A DNA stretch of 64,000 bases, from positions 744,001 to 808,000 of the forward strand of contig MCFH01000001.1 of assembly GCA_002104945.1 (NCBI GenBank), in the 5' to 3' direction. The number at the start of each line of letters is the position of its first letter. Within the stretch, counting starts at the first letter, position 1. Below are positions 30,408 to 44,571 of this stretch, piece after piece. A model generated the notes under the pieces. That model saw only the letters and a program-made list of their open reading frames with translations. It made no database searches and was not told the origin of the DNA. The stretch is from Piromyces finnis finn. Lineage: Eukaryota; Fungi; Neocallimastigomycota. The translations under genes were made by a program, and so were the position numbers.

Positions 30408-30890
30408 CATAACTTATTTTATAGAATACTAAGTATTTTTTTAATTCATTATTAAATGATCAAAAGTTTTTTACTTCACACAAAGAAGAGAGAGTTTAAA
30501 TATTGGAAAGTTTTTTTTTTTTTTTACATTATTAAAATTCAACTTTTCTATGTTTAAAGACCAATAAATTTTTAAGAAATTAAAATTTTTTAATATATTT
30601 AAACTAGAAAACTTGAATTTTTTTTTTTTTTTTTTTAATTAAAATTAATGAAATTTAAATATAAAAAAAAAATAAAGATTTTAGTATTAAAAAAAGAACA
30701 ACATCATTGACATATATATATATATATATACATATACTATTATTATTATTCAATTTATAAAAATTGATTTATTAAAAACAATTTTATTACTATGATATAA
30801 AAAGAATAGAGAATATAAAGATAAAAAAGTAAAGAAAAAAAAATTACACTAAAAAATACCCTATCTGAAGATAAAAAATTTAATGTGTTA

Positions 30891-30925
<35 letters not shown>

Positions 30926-30953
30926 CATTTATATACATACTATAACATTCAAA

Positions 30954-32896
30954 ATGTCGGACTTTGGACAAATTTTTTCAAATACCAGTAATACTAAAAT
31001 TCCATTTAAATGGTTTAGTATTCTAAATAGTTCATTTGATACTATTGTTAAAATATATATGATATTAATTGTAATATTTGCTATTCTCGGATTTTTAGGA
31101 TTATATTACTATTGTACACGTATACAATCAATTAATGACAAATATACTCGTTTTATTAACTCTGAACGTCTCTCAAGAAATAGCCTTGTTTATATCCATT
31201 CTTTATTTTCTTTACCTTATAAAATAACGGAAGATTTTCATATGATATCTTACAGAGATTGGGAACATCTTGTTCTTAATAAAAAAAGAAAAAAAGAACA
31301 TAAAGAATATAAAATACGAAAAAGTTCTCAACAACAAGACTATACCCAAAATCATGAAAAAAATCGTATAGTAAGTCCTCCAACGTCCTTTTTGAAAAAT
31401 AGAAAAAATAATATGAATGGAAATCATTCTAGTAACAGTAATAGAGAAGAACCATCGGAATATCTATCAAATTCACATAATTATAATAGTTCAGATATAG
31501 TGTTAAATGAAACTAAGGACAACAACAGTAACGGCAACAATAATAACAATAATAAAAGTAAAGGTATGATGATTAAAAAGTATTTTTAAATATAATAAAG
31601 TAGTAGTAGTAGTAGTAATACTAGTAATACTCTAATACTAAAAACTTTTTAATCTAAATTCTATTAAAAAAAAAAAATAATAAATTTAAAATTAAAATAA
31701 TATTATACGTTTCATAAAATGTTTTAGAGGAAAATACTACTGAGGTATCTATGGAGTCTTTAGATGCTAGTGCTGATATTACAACTCAAGTGAATAATAA
31801 TTATATAGATTATTTAAAACCAAATTTTTATAATTCATCTACAAAATTAATAAAAACAGATAGTGGTCGTCATTCCTATTCATCTAATAGTGATTTAAAT
31901 ATAGTAGATATGAATTCTTATGAAGGTAAATCTAAAATTAGTGAAAATCCGGAACACCAAAGTTCAAACATTATTATATTAATGAATACCTTATAATAAT
32001 CCTATATTTTTTTTTTTTTTTTTTTTTTTTTATCTTTTTATATATAAATTTATCTTTAAATCATTAGATATATTTACAAATTCAATATCGTTAATTTCAT
32101 CAGTTTCATCCTCCGTCAGTTCTAATATTGATGTAACAGAGGATGATGGCACAATAAATAACTCCGTTTATAGTAACAATAATAATAACAACAACAACAC
32201 CAATAATTATGTGAATATGCCATCAGAAATAAATATTGTATCAGAGGAAGAAGAAAATAATAATAATATTCATTCGAATTATAATTCTAAAGAGTTAGCA
32301 TTAAATAATTCAGATGTGTACAATAATCCGATAATGAGAAGAAATCCAACAAAGCTTGAATTTAAATCGTTAGAGGAAGTGGAAAAAGAGGATAATGAAA
32401 AAATGGATTTTAAAAATGCTACATATGAATCATCGACTAAATCTTATGATGGCAGAAAACATCGTCATAATTCGATATATACCCTTAGAGTTTATTTTTT
32501 TTTTCCAAATTTAATTTTTTATAGTCGATTTTTTTCCTATACCTTTTATTTTTTGGATATGATACTTTCTTTTTTATTATCGCTAGCTTATCTACCCTAT
32601 GTATTTTTAGGGTTTTATATTTATGGTATCATTGAAATGAAAAAAACAATACCAGAAGATCAGAATGGTTGGGTTTTGGAAAATTCTTTTGAATTATTAA
32701 AAGGTACATGCTCATTTCTTTTAGGATCTTGTGGGTATCTTATTTATCAATCTATAAAATATTATAAAGGTAGGAACTTTTTTCTTTTTTTTAATTTATT
32801 ATATATGTAAATATCTATTCATTTATTGTTTTCCATCCCCTAGTCTTTTTTATATATATATATATCTATTCATTTATTGTTTTCCATCCCCTAGTC

Positions 32897-32934
<38 letters not shown>

Positions 32935-33646
32935 TTTTTATTAATTCTTAATGTTTAATGAATATATATTTATAATAAGAATTCCATCCATTAATATATT
33001 ATATGATTTTTTAATTTTTATTAAAATGTAGTCAAAGCAATAATCAAAAAGGAAAAAAAGAAAAGGAAAAAAACTTTGAAATTAACTTTTTATAAAAAAT
33101 TAAAAAATAAGACCTATAAAAAAAAAGAGGGAAATCAATTACGTGGGGATACCCAAATTTCAGTAATTAGTAAAAATAGTGATTTAATTCTTAGTCATGA
33201 AAATAGTGGAAGTACGCATATTCAAATAAATAGTAGCAGTACTATAGATAATGAGGCATCAGATATATCAAATATTCGTCGCCTTAATCAACATAAAACA
33301 ACTGAAAATGAAGTTCAATTTCGTGATACCGATTTACAAGGAATGTCAATTTCATCACTACCACCGCCATCATCATCACCACAAAAAATAAATTATCATA
33401 ATAGAAAGACCCGAAAAATTAATAAAATGGATGAAAATGTTTACTGGAAACCAAGATTAAAACATATCTATCCCCAATATACCTATTGGTTAAAAAATAA
33501 TATTTCTAATTATTTTCAAATTATTACCATTGTTATCCAAGTTTTTCAATTAATCAATTTTCCAATTGAGGATATTTATAATAATCCATTATTACAAATA
33601 AGTATTCATGAAGTGTATAAACCAATTAAAGTAATTATCTGTTATC

Positions 33647-33727
<81 letters not shown>

Positions 33728-35198
33728 TTTATTATTTTTATTATTTTTATTTTTATTTTTATTTAAATAAACTATATAACTATAATTATTATTATAATAA
33801 TAATGAAATTATGCTAACATTTATAAACTATTATATATTACTTATATTATAAATCAAACCCCTTAATGTTAAAAAAAAAACTTAAAAAAACATTATTCCA
33901 ACTATAATAATTTTGAATAATGAACCCCATATATATATATATATATTATATCAACGATTAAAATAATAATAATAACAATAATAATGAAAAAAAAAATATA
34001 GTGGTTTACAAAAGTATCAAACTATTTTACATCTTTATTTATTGTTAAAAAAACTCCAGAGGCATCACCATTTATTTTTATTACAATATGGTGGTTAACT
34101 TTAATATTAACCGTGGCTTACATTATATTTTATTTTATGAATTATCTTATTATTAATAAATATGTAAGTAGAACAGAGCATCCAAAATTATACCGAAATA
34201 TAAAAAGAATAAGTGGATTAAAATGGAATAGTTGCTTAATTCCTATATTCAATATTTCATATATTGCGATCCTCTTCTCCTATATTAATACCTTGAGTTG
34301 TTTACTAAATTGGAATTCTTCATTAACATCCGCAACCGACCGTTATGAACGTTGTCTTTATGTTACGATGAAACCAGGTTTTTTTATCAATTATTTCATT
34401 ATTGGATTTAGCATTTCTTATTTAGTTCTATCTGCAATTGTTATTTCAAATGAACCACTATCCGAACCAGGAATGATTGCTTTCACATCTCGTTCAGTTA
34501 TTATTATAAAACATACCAATCTTTTAATCATGATTATGTATAATATTTTACAAATTGTGGTGAGTGAATGGAAAAAGTCAGTCATTTTTCATGTGATTCG
34601 ATGCGTTGGAGCCATTATTGTGACCATTCTATCGGTGATTTATATTGCCTATGTAGGAACGTGTTATATTCGTATTGTGGATGCTTGGAGAGTTTATAGT
34701 CAACTTTTGGTGGTATGGGCGTGTTGTATCTCTTTAATTTTTGCTATTTCACCAGATGGTTCAAACGATGCTATATTTAGTATTTATAAAGTATTTGGAA
34801 GAGAACAATCACCAGCTGTTCTTTTTAGTATTGGGTTTATTATTATTAGCGTCATTGTATTTTTATGTTTCAGGATTTATTTCAACAAACATCCTGGTGG
34901 TGTTGGTGAGGATGGAAAGCCGGGTCATGGGACTAAAAGTTATACAGAAGCTTTTCTTCCCCGAAGAAATAATGTAACTATTTCAACCCTTAAAAATCTA
35001 CTTTTAAATAATATTAAACATCATAAAAAGCATAGTTCCGAAGAAAAAAAACAAAACAATGAAGATCAGGAATCCTTTAATTCAAAGAAAAATTCATTCA
35101 ATGATTCAAATCCTCAATTACCAGTAATACCCAATCCAAGATTATTATATCTTCAAGATGAATATAAATATATTACAGATGATTTTAAAATATACTAA
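30954..35198 (+). CDS. Large polytopic membrane protein of unknown function (5 exons, about 1100 aa)
   Basis: Phase-consistent joins 30954-31563, 31728-about 31925, 32068-32769, 33032-33630 and 34002-35198 link four ORF-track fragments. There are multiple hydrophobic helices separated by Asn/Ser-rich loops. The exon 2 donor is ambiguous. Confidence 0.75.
32811..32912 (+). repeat. Intronic 51-bp tandem duplication
   Basis: atatctattcatttattgttttccatcccctagtcttttt(t)atatatatat occurs at 32811 and 32862. Confidence 0.85.
33647..33726 (+). repeat. (TAT)n microsatellite in an intron
   Basis: Run of tat/tta triplets with one interruption, just after the donor at 33631. Confidence 0.9.
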
Positions 35199-36208
35199 AA
35201 AATATATATATTAATCTACTAGTTATTTATTATGTTTTTTTTTTTAATTTTTAATTTTATTTTTGTAGACCTTTTTTTTTTTTAAAAAAAAAACAAAACA
35301 AAACGAAAAAAACTAAAAGAAATATTTTTTTTTTATCAAGTTTTATTGTATTATTAATTTTTGATCTATTGAATTGAATTGATATCGTTTATTTCACTTT
35401 TAAACCTATACCATATCCTAATTAATTATTATTATAAGTATTATTAATACTAATCATATAAAGTTTTATTTAATATAGATATATATGTAAAAAGAAAATT
35501 AAAAAATAAAAAGTTGATATATCTAACAACAACACCATAACAAAACATTTATTATTCATACAAAATAAAATGATATTATTTTAAAAATGCAACGTTAATA
35601 AATATTATATATATGATAAATGCATATAAAACTGTTCAAGTTCATTATAATTATTAATTATTATAATGATTATTATTATTATTACATTTTTATTAATATG
35701 TTATTTACTTATTTTTTTTTGTAAATATTAATTATTATGCATTTTCAATTCATATTGAAAAGCTTGATAAATAGGACTACCCAACATTATACTACTCTAT
35801 TATGCTAGTTAAATACAAATATATAATTGAAATTTTATTTAAATTTGGAAATTTCAAATTAGAATTTCAAATGATTTTTATTTTTATTTTTTTATTTTAT
35901 TTTTATTATTTTTTTTAAAAACAAACATATATATATATATATATATTTTAAATAGACATATGTCTTGTTTTATCATTAATAATATGAATGTATACTAGAT
36001 GTACAGGATAGAGAAAAGAAAATAGTTATTGTGTTTGCTTTTTATTTCAATATTAAAATATATACTATAAATATTATATTTAATTTATTTTTATATTAAA
36101 AAATGAAATGAAAAAAAATTAATAATTTTTATTATTATTCTTATTATTATTATTTTTAATATTTTTAGTTTTTAGTTTTATTAAATAGACAGTATAAAAA
36201 AAAAAAAA

Positions 36209-37584
36209 ATGGAAAAGGATTTTGAGGTGATTAATCAAAAAGATAAAATTAAACTTACTGGAAAAATAAGTGAAGCTATTCCAGATTCTCCACAAAGTGA
36301 ATATGGTTTTATAATTTGTCATCCATATACTTCTATGGGTAAGTGTAACCGATAGCTTAGAATCAATAATATCACTTTTTTTTTTTTTTGATATATTTTT
36401 TACCATGTTTTTTTTTTTTTTTTTTTTTTTTTTCGAATAAAATTATTTCGATAATAGGTAAAAAAAAAAAAAAAAAAAAAAAACAAGAATAAAAATTAAT
36501 AAAATATTAATAATAATAGTAGTAATAATAATAACTATTTTAATATTTAGTAATTTGTTTTTTTCTCCCTCCTCATTTATTATTCAATAAATAAATTAAT
36601 ATAGGTGGAAATTGCATGGAACCTTCAATATGTCATTTATTTAGTCATTTTGCTGCTGAAGGTTTTACAACTGTAAAATTCAATTTTAGGTAGATATAAA
36701 AATAAATAAATTAAAATTTATAATTATTAGAATATAAAATAATGATAATAGTAATAAATAAAGAAAAAAAAAAAACTTTTTTTTTTTCAATATTTACAAT
36801 TAATATTTCATTTAATAAGAATAGTAATGTAAACATTTAATTTATGAAAAACTAAATAATAGAGGAGCTGGTTCTTCTGAAGGAAGACAATCCTATAATG
36901 GTGTTGGTGAACAAGAAGATTTACGTACTGTAGTGGACTACGTTCGTCATATTGAACATCCTCCAAAAAAAATTATTTTAATTGTTAGTATTTTATGGTA
37001 CTTTGACAATAACAACCACAACAACAACCACAACAATAATTTATATACATTTTTCAAATTATAATTATTACTGATATTAATAATTTTTTATTCATTATAT
37101 ATTATATTTTCATTTATGGTATATTCTAAACTCTGTCAATATTGGTTAAAAACACTTTGTATATATGTTAATACAATAGGGTAATTCCTTCGGTTCTATG
37201 ATTGTCAGTTCAATGGCTGATGAATTTGAAGATGTTATTAGTTTTATTGCCATTGGTTTTCCTTATTCTTACTTATGGTTCCTCTCTTTCTTCCACGGAA
37301 AACAAATAGCTGCTAAGGCTTCTCAATCTAAAAAAATGAAATTTTTCATTATTGGAGATAAAGATAATTTTACTAGTGTCAAAAAATTTAAATCTTTTAT
37401 TGATACCACTGATAAAGAAAACACCAGATATACTATTGTTGAAGGTATGAACCATTTCTGGGTTGATCAATACCATGTTTTAATTCGTCATGTTAATAAA
37501 TTCCTTATCGAAAATATTGAGAATATGGATAAATTCTTAACTCTCGAGGAAAACAATACCACTGCCGCTGCTACTCAACAATAA
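36209..37584 (+). CDS. Alpha/beta-fold hydrolase (COG2945-like), 4 exons
   Basis: Spliced: IICHPYTSMGG...FTTVKFNFRGAGSSEGR...GEQEDLRTVV...IILIGNSFGS (GxSxG nucleophile)...IIGDKDNF (Asp)...GMNHFW (His). The catalytic triad is intact. Confidence 0.88.
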
Positions 37585-38388
37585 ACAGAAAGTGCCATTT
37601 TTTTTTTTTATTGAAAACAACAGGAATTTAATATAATAAATATAGCATCTATATAAAAAAGAGAAATTTGGATCGTTTATTATTAAAATATACAAATACA
37701 ATAAATTAATAATAATAGTAATAATAAAAATATTTCATCTTATCACCACCAAAAGATTAATAATTTTTTATTTTTAACTGTTATGTTATTATAATAAAAA
37801 TACCGGAAAAATGAATGTTTGTCATAATAAAAAAGAGTTATATAAGAAATAGAACTATACCTATTCAAAATATTAAAACTATTTTTTTTTTTATTAAATT
37901 ATATATTTTTAAAACAATAATTTTTATTTCTTTCTTTTTTTTTTTCTTTTTCTTTTTTTTTTTTCTTTTTCTTTTTTTTTTTCTTTTTCTTTTCTTTTTT
38001 TTTTTTTTTTTTTTTTTTTCTTTTTTTATAGCATTAAAATAATTTAGTAGTTCATAAATATATATATATATATAATAAACTAAGAAAATATTTATCGATT
38101 TTATTTTATTTTTTATTTTTTTTTTTATTTTATATATAAAACTGATTTTATAAATATGGTATAAAAAGATTATTATTAGAATAGACGTAATATTAAGAAA
38201 TTATTTTACTTAATACATATATATATTTTATAATATTTTTTTTTTTTTTTTTTTTTTAATTTTTTCAGTTATTGTTATTATTATTATTATTATTCTAAGT
38301 TTAAATTTATAGATTTATTTATATATATATATTTTAGTTATCGATATATTGGTTAATTTTTTTTTTTTAATCTTTTTTACTATTTATT

Positions 38389-40582
38389 TTAGAAATGTCT
38401 TATTTGTTGTGGCATAGAAACACAAATTTGTTCATCCCATGCACAGGTAGCAATTTGTCCTTCAACATAAAGGTTAAAGTCAACGCCTAAAACAAATTCG
38501 GTGTGATGATCATCAACAAATACTTGCGATTGAGGTCCAAGACAAGTATTCCATAAACGCATAGTCATATCATAGGAGGTAGAGGCTAAAATATCACCAC
38601 TATGAGGTGAACATTTAATATTTCTAACGGCATAATCATGTCCTCTGAGACATTGAACTTCATGATCTGGGAAACGAAGATCCCAAATTTTAATTAGATG
38701 ATCAACAGAACCGGTTATAATTACATTTTCACGGTATTTATTCCAGTCAAGAGCAAGAATTTCAGCATTATGAGCACGAATAGTTTGAGCTGATCTTGGA
38801 ATTTTAGCATCCCAAATTTTTACGGTATGATCACCAGAACATGAAGCAAAAATATCACCATCATATGGTGACCAGGTGGTGTTATAAATACAATGATTAT
38901 GTTCTTTATAGGTTTGTAATGAATGCGGTATTTCTGGGTTCCACTATTTAATTTTATATTCGATGATAGGTAGTATTAAAATATTATATTGTTGAATGAA
39001 ACATATTATTAATACGATAATGTTATTTTACAAGCATTGAATTATATTTTGATATATATTATTTTGTATTTGCGTATATAGGCCATATAGAATTTATTTA
39101 GTAATTAATAATAACCATATATATATATAAATATTATATAAAATAAAATAAGAATAAATTAATAAATACTACTATTACTACTAAAATATTAGCATTTATT
39201 TATACTATTATAATTATTTTATAATTCTTAAGAAGCAATTTGAAATAAGTATTTTTTTTTTTTTTGTGCATGTTGTGTGTATGCTATTTTAATAGTATGA
39301 AATGTAGTGTCTCTTTATTTTTACTTTTCAAAATTTATGACAATATTTCTTTTTAAAAGATATTTTAAATATTTATCCTATTTTTTTTTTTTTTTTTTGC
39401 GTGAAAAGAAACTATTATGAATTTTTTAAATTATTTTCGATAAATTTCATTATTTATTCTCTCTCTCTCTCTCTCTTTTTTAAAATATATCTTATATATC
39501 TTATAACTAAATAAAGAAAAGATGGCTATATTATGAATTTCAGAATTATAAATATTAAAATGACTTTTATAATAATTTTGAAGGAAAAATGAAAATATAT
39601 TATTAAATCATTGTAAAAAGAAATATAATTAATCCATTAATTGAAATGTTTCTCCTGTTTATTTCATTCTGTTTTTAAATGTAAAATATGTCTAGCGGTG
39701 TGGTACTAATGATTTGCTTCTTTTAAATATACATAACAATTTATATTTTAATAAAAACATTACAATCTTTATAGTTTGATCCCATGAACCTGTAATAAAT
39801 GTATCCTTTTTAACTAAATTCCAATGAACACAAAAAACTTCTCTAGTATGTTCTGCCCAATTTCTAATTGGATAATCCTTTTTTAATAATTAATAAAGAA
39901 AAAAAATATATATATTATATATATTTAATAAACCAATAATTATTAATTAATTGTTTAATATATAAAATTTAATCAAATATTTCACAATAGATATAGTGTA
40001 AAACAAAACAAACAAAAAATAAATAAATAAAAAATAAAAAATTTACTTACGGCTAAAGTTAAATCCCATAATTTTATAGAACCATCTCCACTACTTGTAA
40101 CTAATTGATTTTCATTTATTTCACTCCATGCACAATCGAACAAACCATCTTGTGTGTCATATCTATTATTATTATTTTTTTTAATATTATTTAATATTCA
40201 ATTAGTACTTTCCATTAAATTATCAACGCCATAAAATTTTTTTGTAGCATAGAATATATTAATATAAAAATATATCTATTTTAACAATAATAGGTATATT
40301 TTTATTCTTTTGAAATTATAATTTTTTATTTTTTTTTTTTATTTTTTTTTTTTTGGAAATTATATTTTATTATTGATAAAGTATTTAAAGGTATAATTAC
40401 ATTCTTTCAACTGCTAATCCTTGAGGATGAATATTTAAAACAAATAATCTGCCATTTCCTACAATACCATAATTACTTGCAGCTGCACAAGCTAATTTTC
40501 CTTCAAAAAAAGATGAAAATTCAACTGAATAACCGTTATATCCAGCTGTATGAAAAGTTAACATTGGTATTGGTGCTGCCAT
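38389..40582 (-). CDS. PEX7: Peroxisomal PTS2 receptor, WD40 protein (exons 40582-40401, 40162-40051, 39877-39764, 38943-38389)
   Basis: [106 protein letters not shown] are characteristic PEX7 motifs. Confidence 0.95.
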
Positions 40583-40725
40583 ATTATCTATATATATGGA
40601 TACTATTCAAAATATAGAATAGATAGATATTTTTATAGAGTGAGTGTTTTATAATTATTTTTTTTTTATAGATAGATAATTTTTAAATAAAAATTTTTAT
40701 ATATTTTTGAAGATTATAAAAAATT

Positions 40726-40775
40726 GTCACGAGTCACGTGTTCTGATAATTAAGTGATAAAAAGAAATAGGAAAT
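40726..40775. promoter_or_regulatory. Candidate bHLH E-box (GTCACGTG) with a tandem half-site and two GATA-like sites
   Basis: gtcacgagtcacgtgttctgataattaagtgataa lies about 145 bp upstream of the PEX7 ATG. It is a CpG-containing motif in near-pure AT sequence. Confidence 0.4.
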
Positions 40776-42301
40776 AAGTTTTATACAAAAAAAGTTTTTT
40801 TTTATAGGATTTCATCAATTGGGAATATTGGTGATAGGTATGAAAAGGAAATGGATGAAATGAAGTTTCTTTCTATTAAATTACTAAAAAAAAAAAAAAA
40901 AGAAAAATAGAAGAAGGTTAGAAAGTTTTTATTGAATGAAATAATAATATAGAATATTGTCTCTAAAAAAAAATTTTTTTCAAAGTAGAATTCAGAATTC
41001 ATCCTTTTGAAAATAAATAGGGAGATAAATTATGGAAGAGATAATTTGTTACTAAAAAAGTTTGCTTTAGGTTAAAAGTTTTAAATAAAGAATAAAATTT
41101 TTTTTATTTCGAATGAAGTTTACTTTTTTTTTTTTTATAGTTGATGGAAAATAAATCAATAGTATGTGAAGATACTAGCGAACCTTTTAAGATGGTATTG
41201 ATTTTTATATGGGAATAGTTACATTGTATAAAAAAAAAAAAGGAAAAAAAATATATATAGATATATATTAGAGAAAGGTTTTCCCTATGTTATTTAATAA
41301 AGTAACAAAGCTTTATAATATCTGCTTCAAAATATGATTTTACAAAGATTCTTAAATGAAAATTATTGGATTGGCTAAGCAAAAAAAAGGCATCAACTAT
41401 GCAGTTAAAGTAGCTCTAAACCTGGCTAATTATAATAAAAATTAAATTATTGATTTTAAAATTATTTTAAAGTTGTGTAACTCTGTTATTTCTTTTTTAT
41501 TTTTATTTTTTTTTTTTATTTATAGAAAAAGATATTGATTACTAATTTAAAAAAAAACAACAACAACCAAAAAACAAACAAAAAGAGAATAAGGGTGTAA
41601 TTATCCTATTTTTTAAAAAAAGGTAGGTAGATTAAAAATGAAACTTTTTTTGATTTTTAAGGAATTATCTTTAATATAAAACAAGCCATAAATAATATGA
41701 AATGTTACATAATAAATTCATGTTAATCAGTATTTATAGGATATAAAAGCCACATCAACTTTATTTTTTAATAATAAATTAAAAAAATTAATATTGTGAT
41801 TTTATTATAAAATTAGTTTTAAAATTCTCGTTATATAAAATTATATATATTATAATTATAGTTGATATAAAATACAATTAAATATATTATTTTTTGGGAA
41901 ATCACAAATTAGGTATTTGTTGTTTTATTTTTTAAAACAAAACCATAATACACAACCTTATTATTAAAACAACAACAACAATAACAACAACAACAACAGT
42001 ATTATTAAAAACAAAAAAACAAAAAAAAAAAACAAAAAACAAAACAAAACAAATAAACAACAACAAAACCAAGCTAAAAAAAAAGAAATATTATAAAAAA
42101 AAAAATAAATATTAAAATAAAGTAATTTATTTAATATATAATTTCTTATATTATTATTAATAAAAAATCTTTACTAAAAGAAATTTCACTTTGATTTTAA
42201 ATTGACATTTAGAAATTCGTATATAATATTAATTCAATAGTTCAATATACTTATATTCCTTTTAAGTAAACGTGTATACATATAAAAATTAATCTTTAAA
42301 A

Positions 42302-43770
42302 ATGCTTTCAGAAACTGATAAAAAGTATGAATTAAACAAAAAAAAAGAAAAAGATTATTACAATCTAAAAGAGAAATTTGTTATGGAACTATTTGTTGAA
42401 AATATAAAAATCTCATATTTAACATATATATTATTCTATATTATTAAAATATAGGTTTGCAGAAGCTGTTCATATTTTTCAAAATTTACCACAGGAATTA
42501 AGACCAACTCAAGAAGAAGAGTTAGAAGTAATTTTCAAAATTTTAAGAAAATTAAAAATTATAGATAATATCAATAAATAATTTTTATTCTATATAATTT
42601 AGATATTTTTAAAGATGATATAATAAAGAATTGTATAACCTTTTTTATATTTAAATTATTAACCATAATTTTATTTTATAATTAAATTTCAAATTTACAT
42701 TTCTAAAAATATCAAATGAAATTCTTAATATCATGTATGGTTTAAATATAAAGTTTTATGGATTATATAAAAGAGCTGTTGTTGGTAAATGGTAAATATA
42801 TCCTTTTTTTTTTTTTTTATATTTTATAAAACTTTTATAAAGTTTTTTTTTTTTTATTATTATTATTAATTTCTTATTATTCTATTTTTTCTTAATAAAT
42901 AGTAATATTCCAAAACCAGATTTTTTTAATATTCTTGCTTTAGCAAAATGGTAATATAAAAATTAATTGAAAAAGATGAAAAAAGATAATTTTATTAAAC
43001 TAATAATTGTAAAATATATAATTTATAATATTTATATTATACAGGGAAGCATGGAAAAAGCTTGATAACCTTTCGATGTTAAAAGCAAGAGAAGTTTATG
43101 TAGAACAATTAATAAAAGTAAAATAGAATTATTTTTTAATATAAGACATTTCAAATATAAAAGGATGTATTAGAGAATTAATAAATTTTTATTTTCAATA
43201 AATAATTAAAATTAGTTGTTAGAACGTTTCCCAGACAGACCAGATGTAGTAGAATTATTGGATACCTTCACAAAGTTACATCTTAATGAATCTGATGGTA
43301 TATATACTTTTTTTTTTTATGAAAATATAAATATATATAAAAGGTTTTTTTTTTTTTTTTTTTTTTTAAAATATTTTATATTCTAATATATAATTATAAT
43401 AATCGTAGTAGAAATTGTAAGTACAGAATCTCAAGGAAAAGCAAATACAATTAATTCCACAACTTCAGATGTTGTTATTAATAATGATTATTCTCTTGGA
43501 GATATTGATAATCAACATGTTGAATATGCTCCACGTGGTATTAACAACCAATCTAACAGTATAAATTTAAATAATACTAGTGTAAATAGTAGTATTAATG
43601 GTAATTTAATGAGTCCTGGTATTCTTCATAATAGTAATAGCCAATCAACTGATGATATGATCAATATAAATACTAATACTCGTATGTTTTTATTGATGTT
43701 TTAATTTTATTTATATATTATTTATATATAAGTAAAAATATAAAAATAATAAAAGGACCAGACAATTAAA

Positions 43771-43831
<61 letters not shown>

Positions 43832-44571
43832 TAAACTATTTTAGGTTCAGTTCCAAGAAATAGATCAAGAACAGATGGAAGTATATATAATACCACACCA
43901 CCAGATATTTCATTAGGCACATTGCAACCTGAAGATCCAACATCTTTCCGTTCTGACAATACATTTATTTCACCTTCAATGAATATGAATAATCCATCCA
44001 TGAACCCAAAAATTGCTAGCCCTCTTCATCCAACTATGAGCCCATTAAATCCTAATGGCATGGGCATGGGAATGGGCATGGGCATGGGTATGGGTATGAA
44101 TATGAACAATCCTAATGCTAAGATTGCTGCATCAACTTCAATGTCTATTGTTATGTTAACAAGATTACGTGATCTTGAAATTGAAGTTTCTTCATTAAAT
44201 ACTCGTCTTAATATGCTTACTAATATTATAAAGAACAACAGTAGAAATTCACTTCAAAATTGGCTAAAGGTATGATCATTATGATGAATAAGAGCACTAC
44301 AAATAATAATATTAATTTCATTAATGATTTCTAAATATATACATAATTATTAACACATTACTTTTTTATCAATAATTTTTTTTCCAATATTTAGTTTATA
44401 TTAAAAACATTTGGTGCTAATATAATAATATTCCTCTTCATGATATTAATATTGGGACCATCAGGATATGAAAAACTTATTGGACGTTTACCAGCTTGGC
44501 TTTTACGACTTCAATCGAGAAATTTATTAAACCAAAAATCTAATTCACCAAGATCTATAACTGAAAATTAA
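42302..44571 (+). CDS. Acyl-CoA-binding domain protein with coiled coil and C-terminal TM anchor (ACBD4/5-, Atg37-like architecture), about 9 exons
   Basis: Spliced: KFAEAVHIFQNLP...PTQEEELEFYGLYKRAVVGKCNIPKPDFFNILALAKWEAWKKL (ACBP domain); then low-complexity linker; RLRDLEIEVSSLNTRLNML (coiled coil); FGANIIIFLFMILILG (TM) and a short basic tail. Confidence 0.85.
43771..43830 (+). repeat. (TAT)20 intronic microsatellite
   Basis: Perfect triplet run read directly. Confidence 0.92.

Noticed and set aside
34741-34977. Overlapping alternative-frame or antisense ORFs (also 31212-31427, 36119-36406, 37273-37476, 44026-44238, 59265-59447)
   Set aside because: They overlap better-supported exons and have no independent signal.
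37500-37584. Peroxisomal targeting of the hydrolase next to PEX7
   Set aside because: Its C-terminus (ATQQ) is not a PTS1, and no RLx5HL-type PTS2 is visible at its N-terminus.
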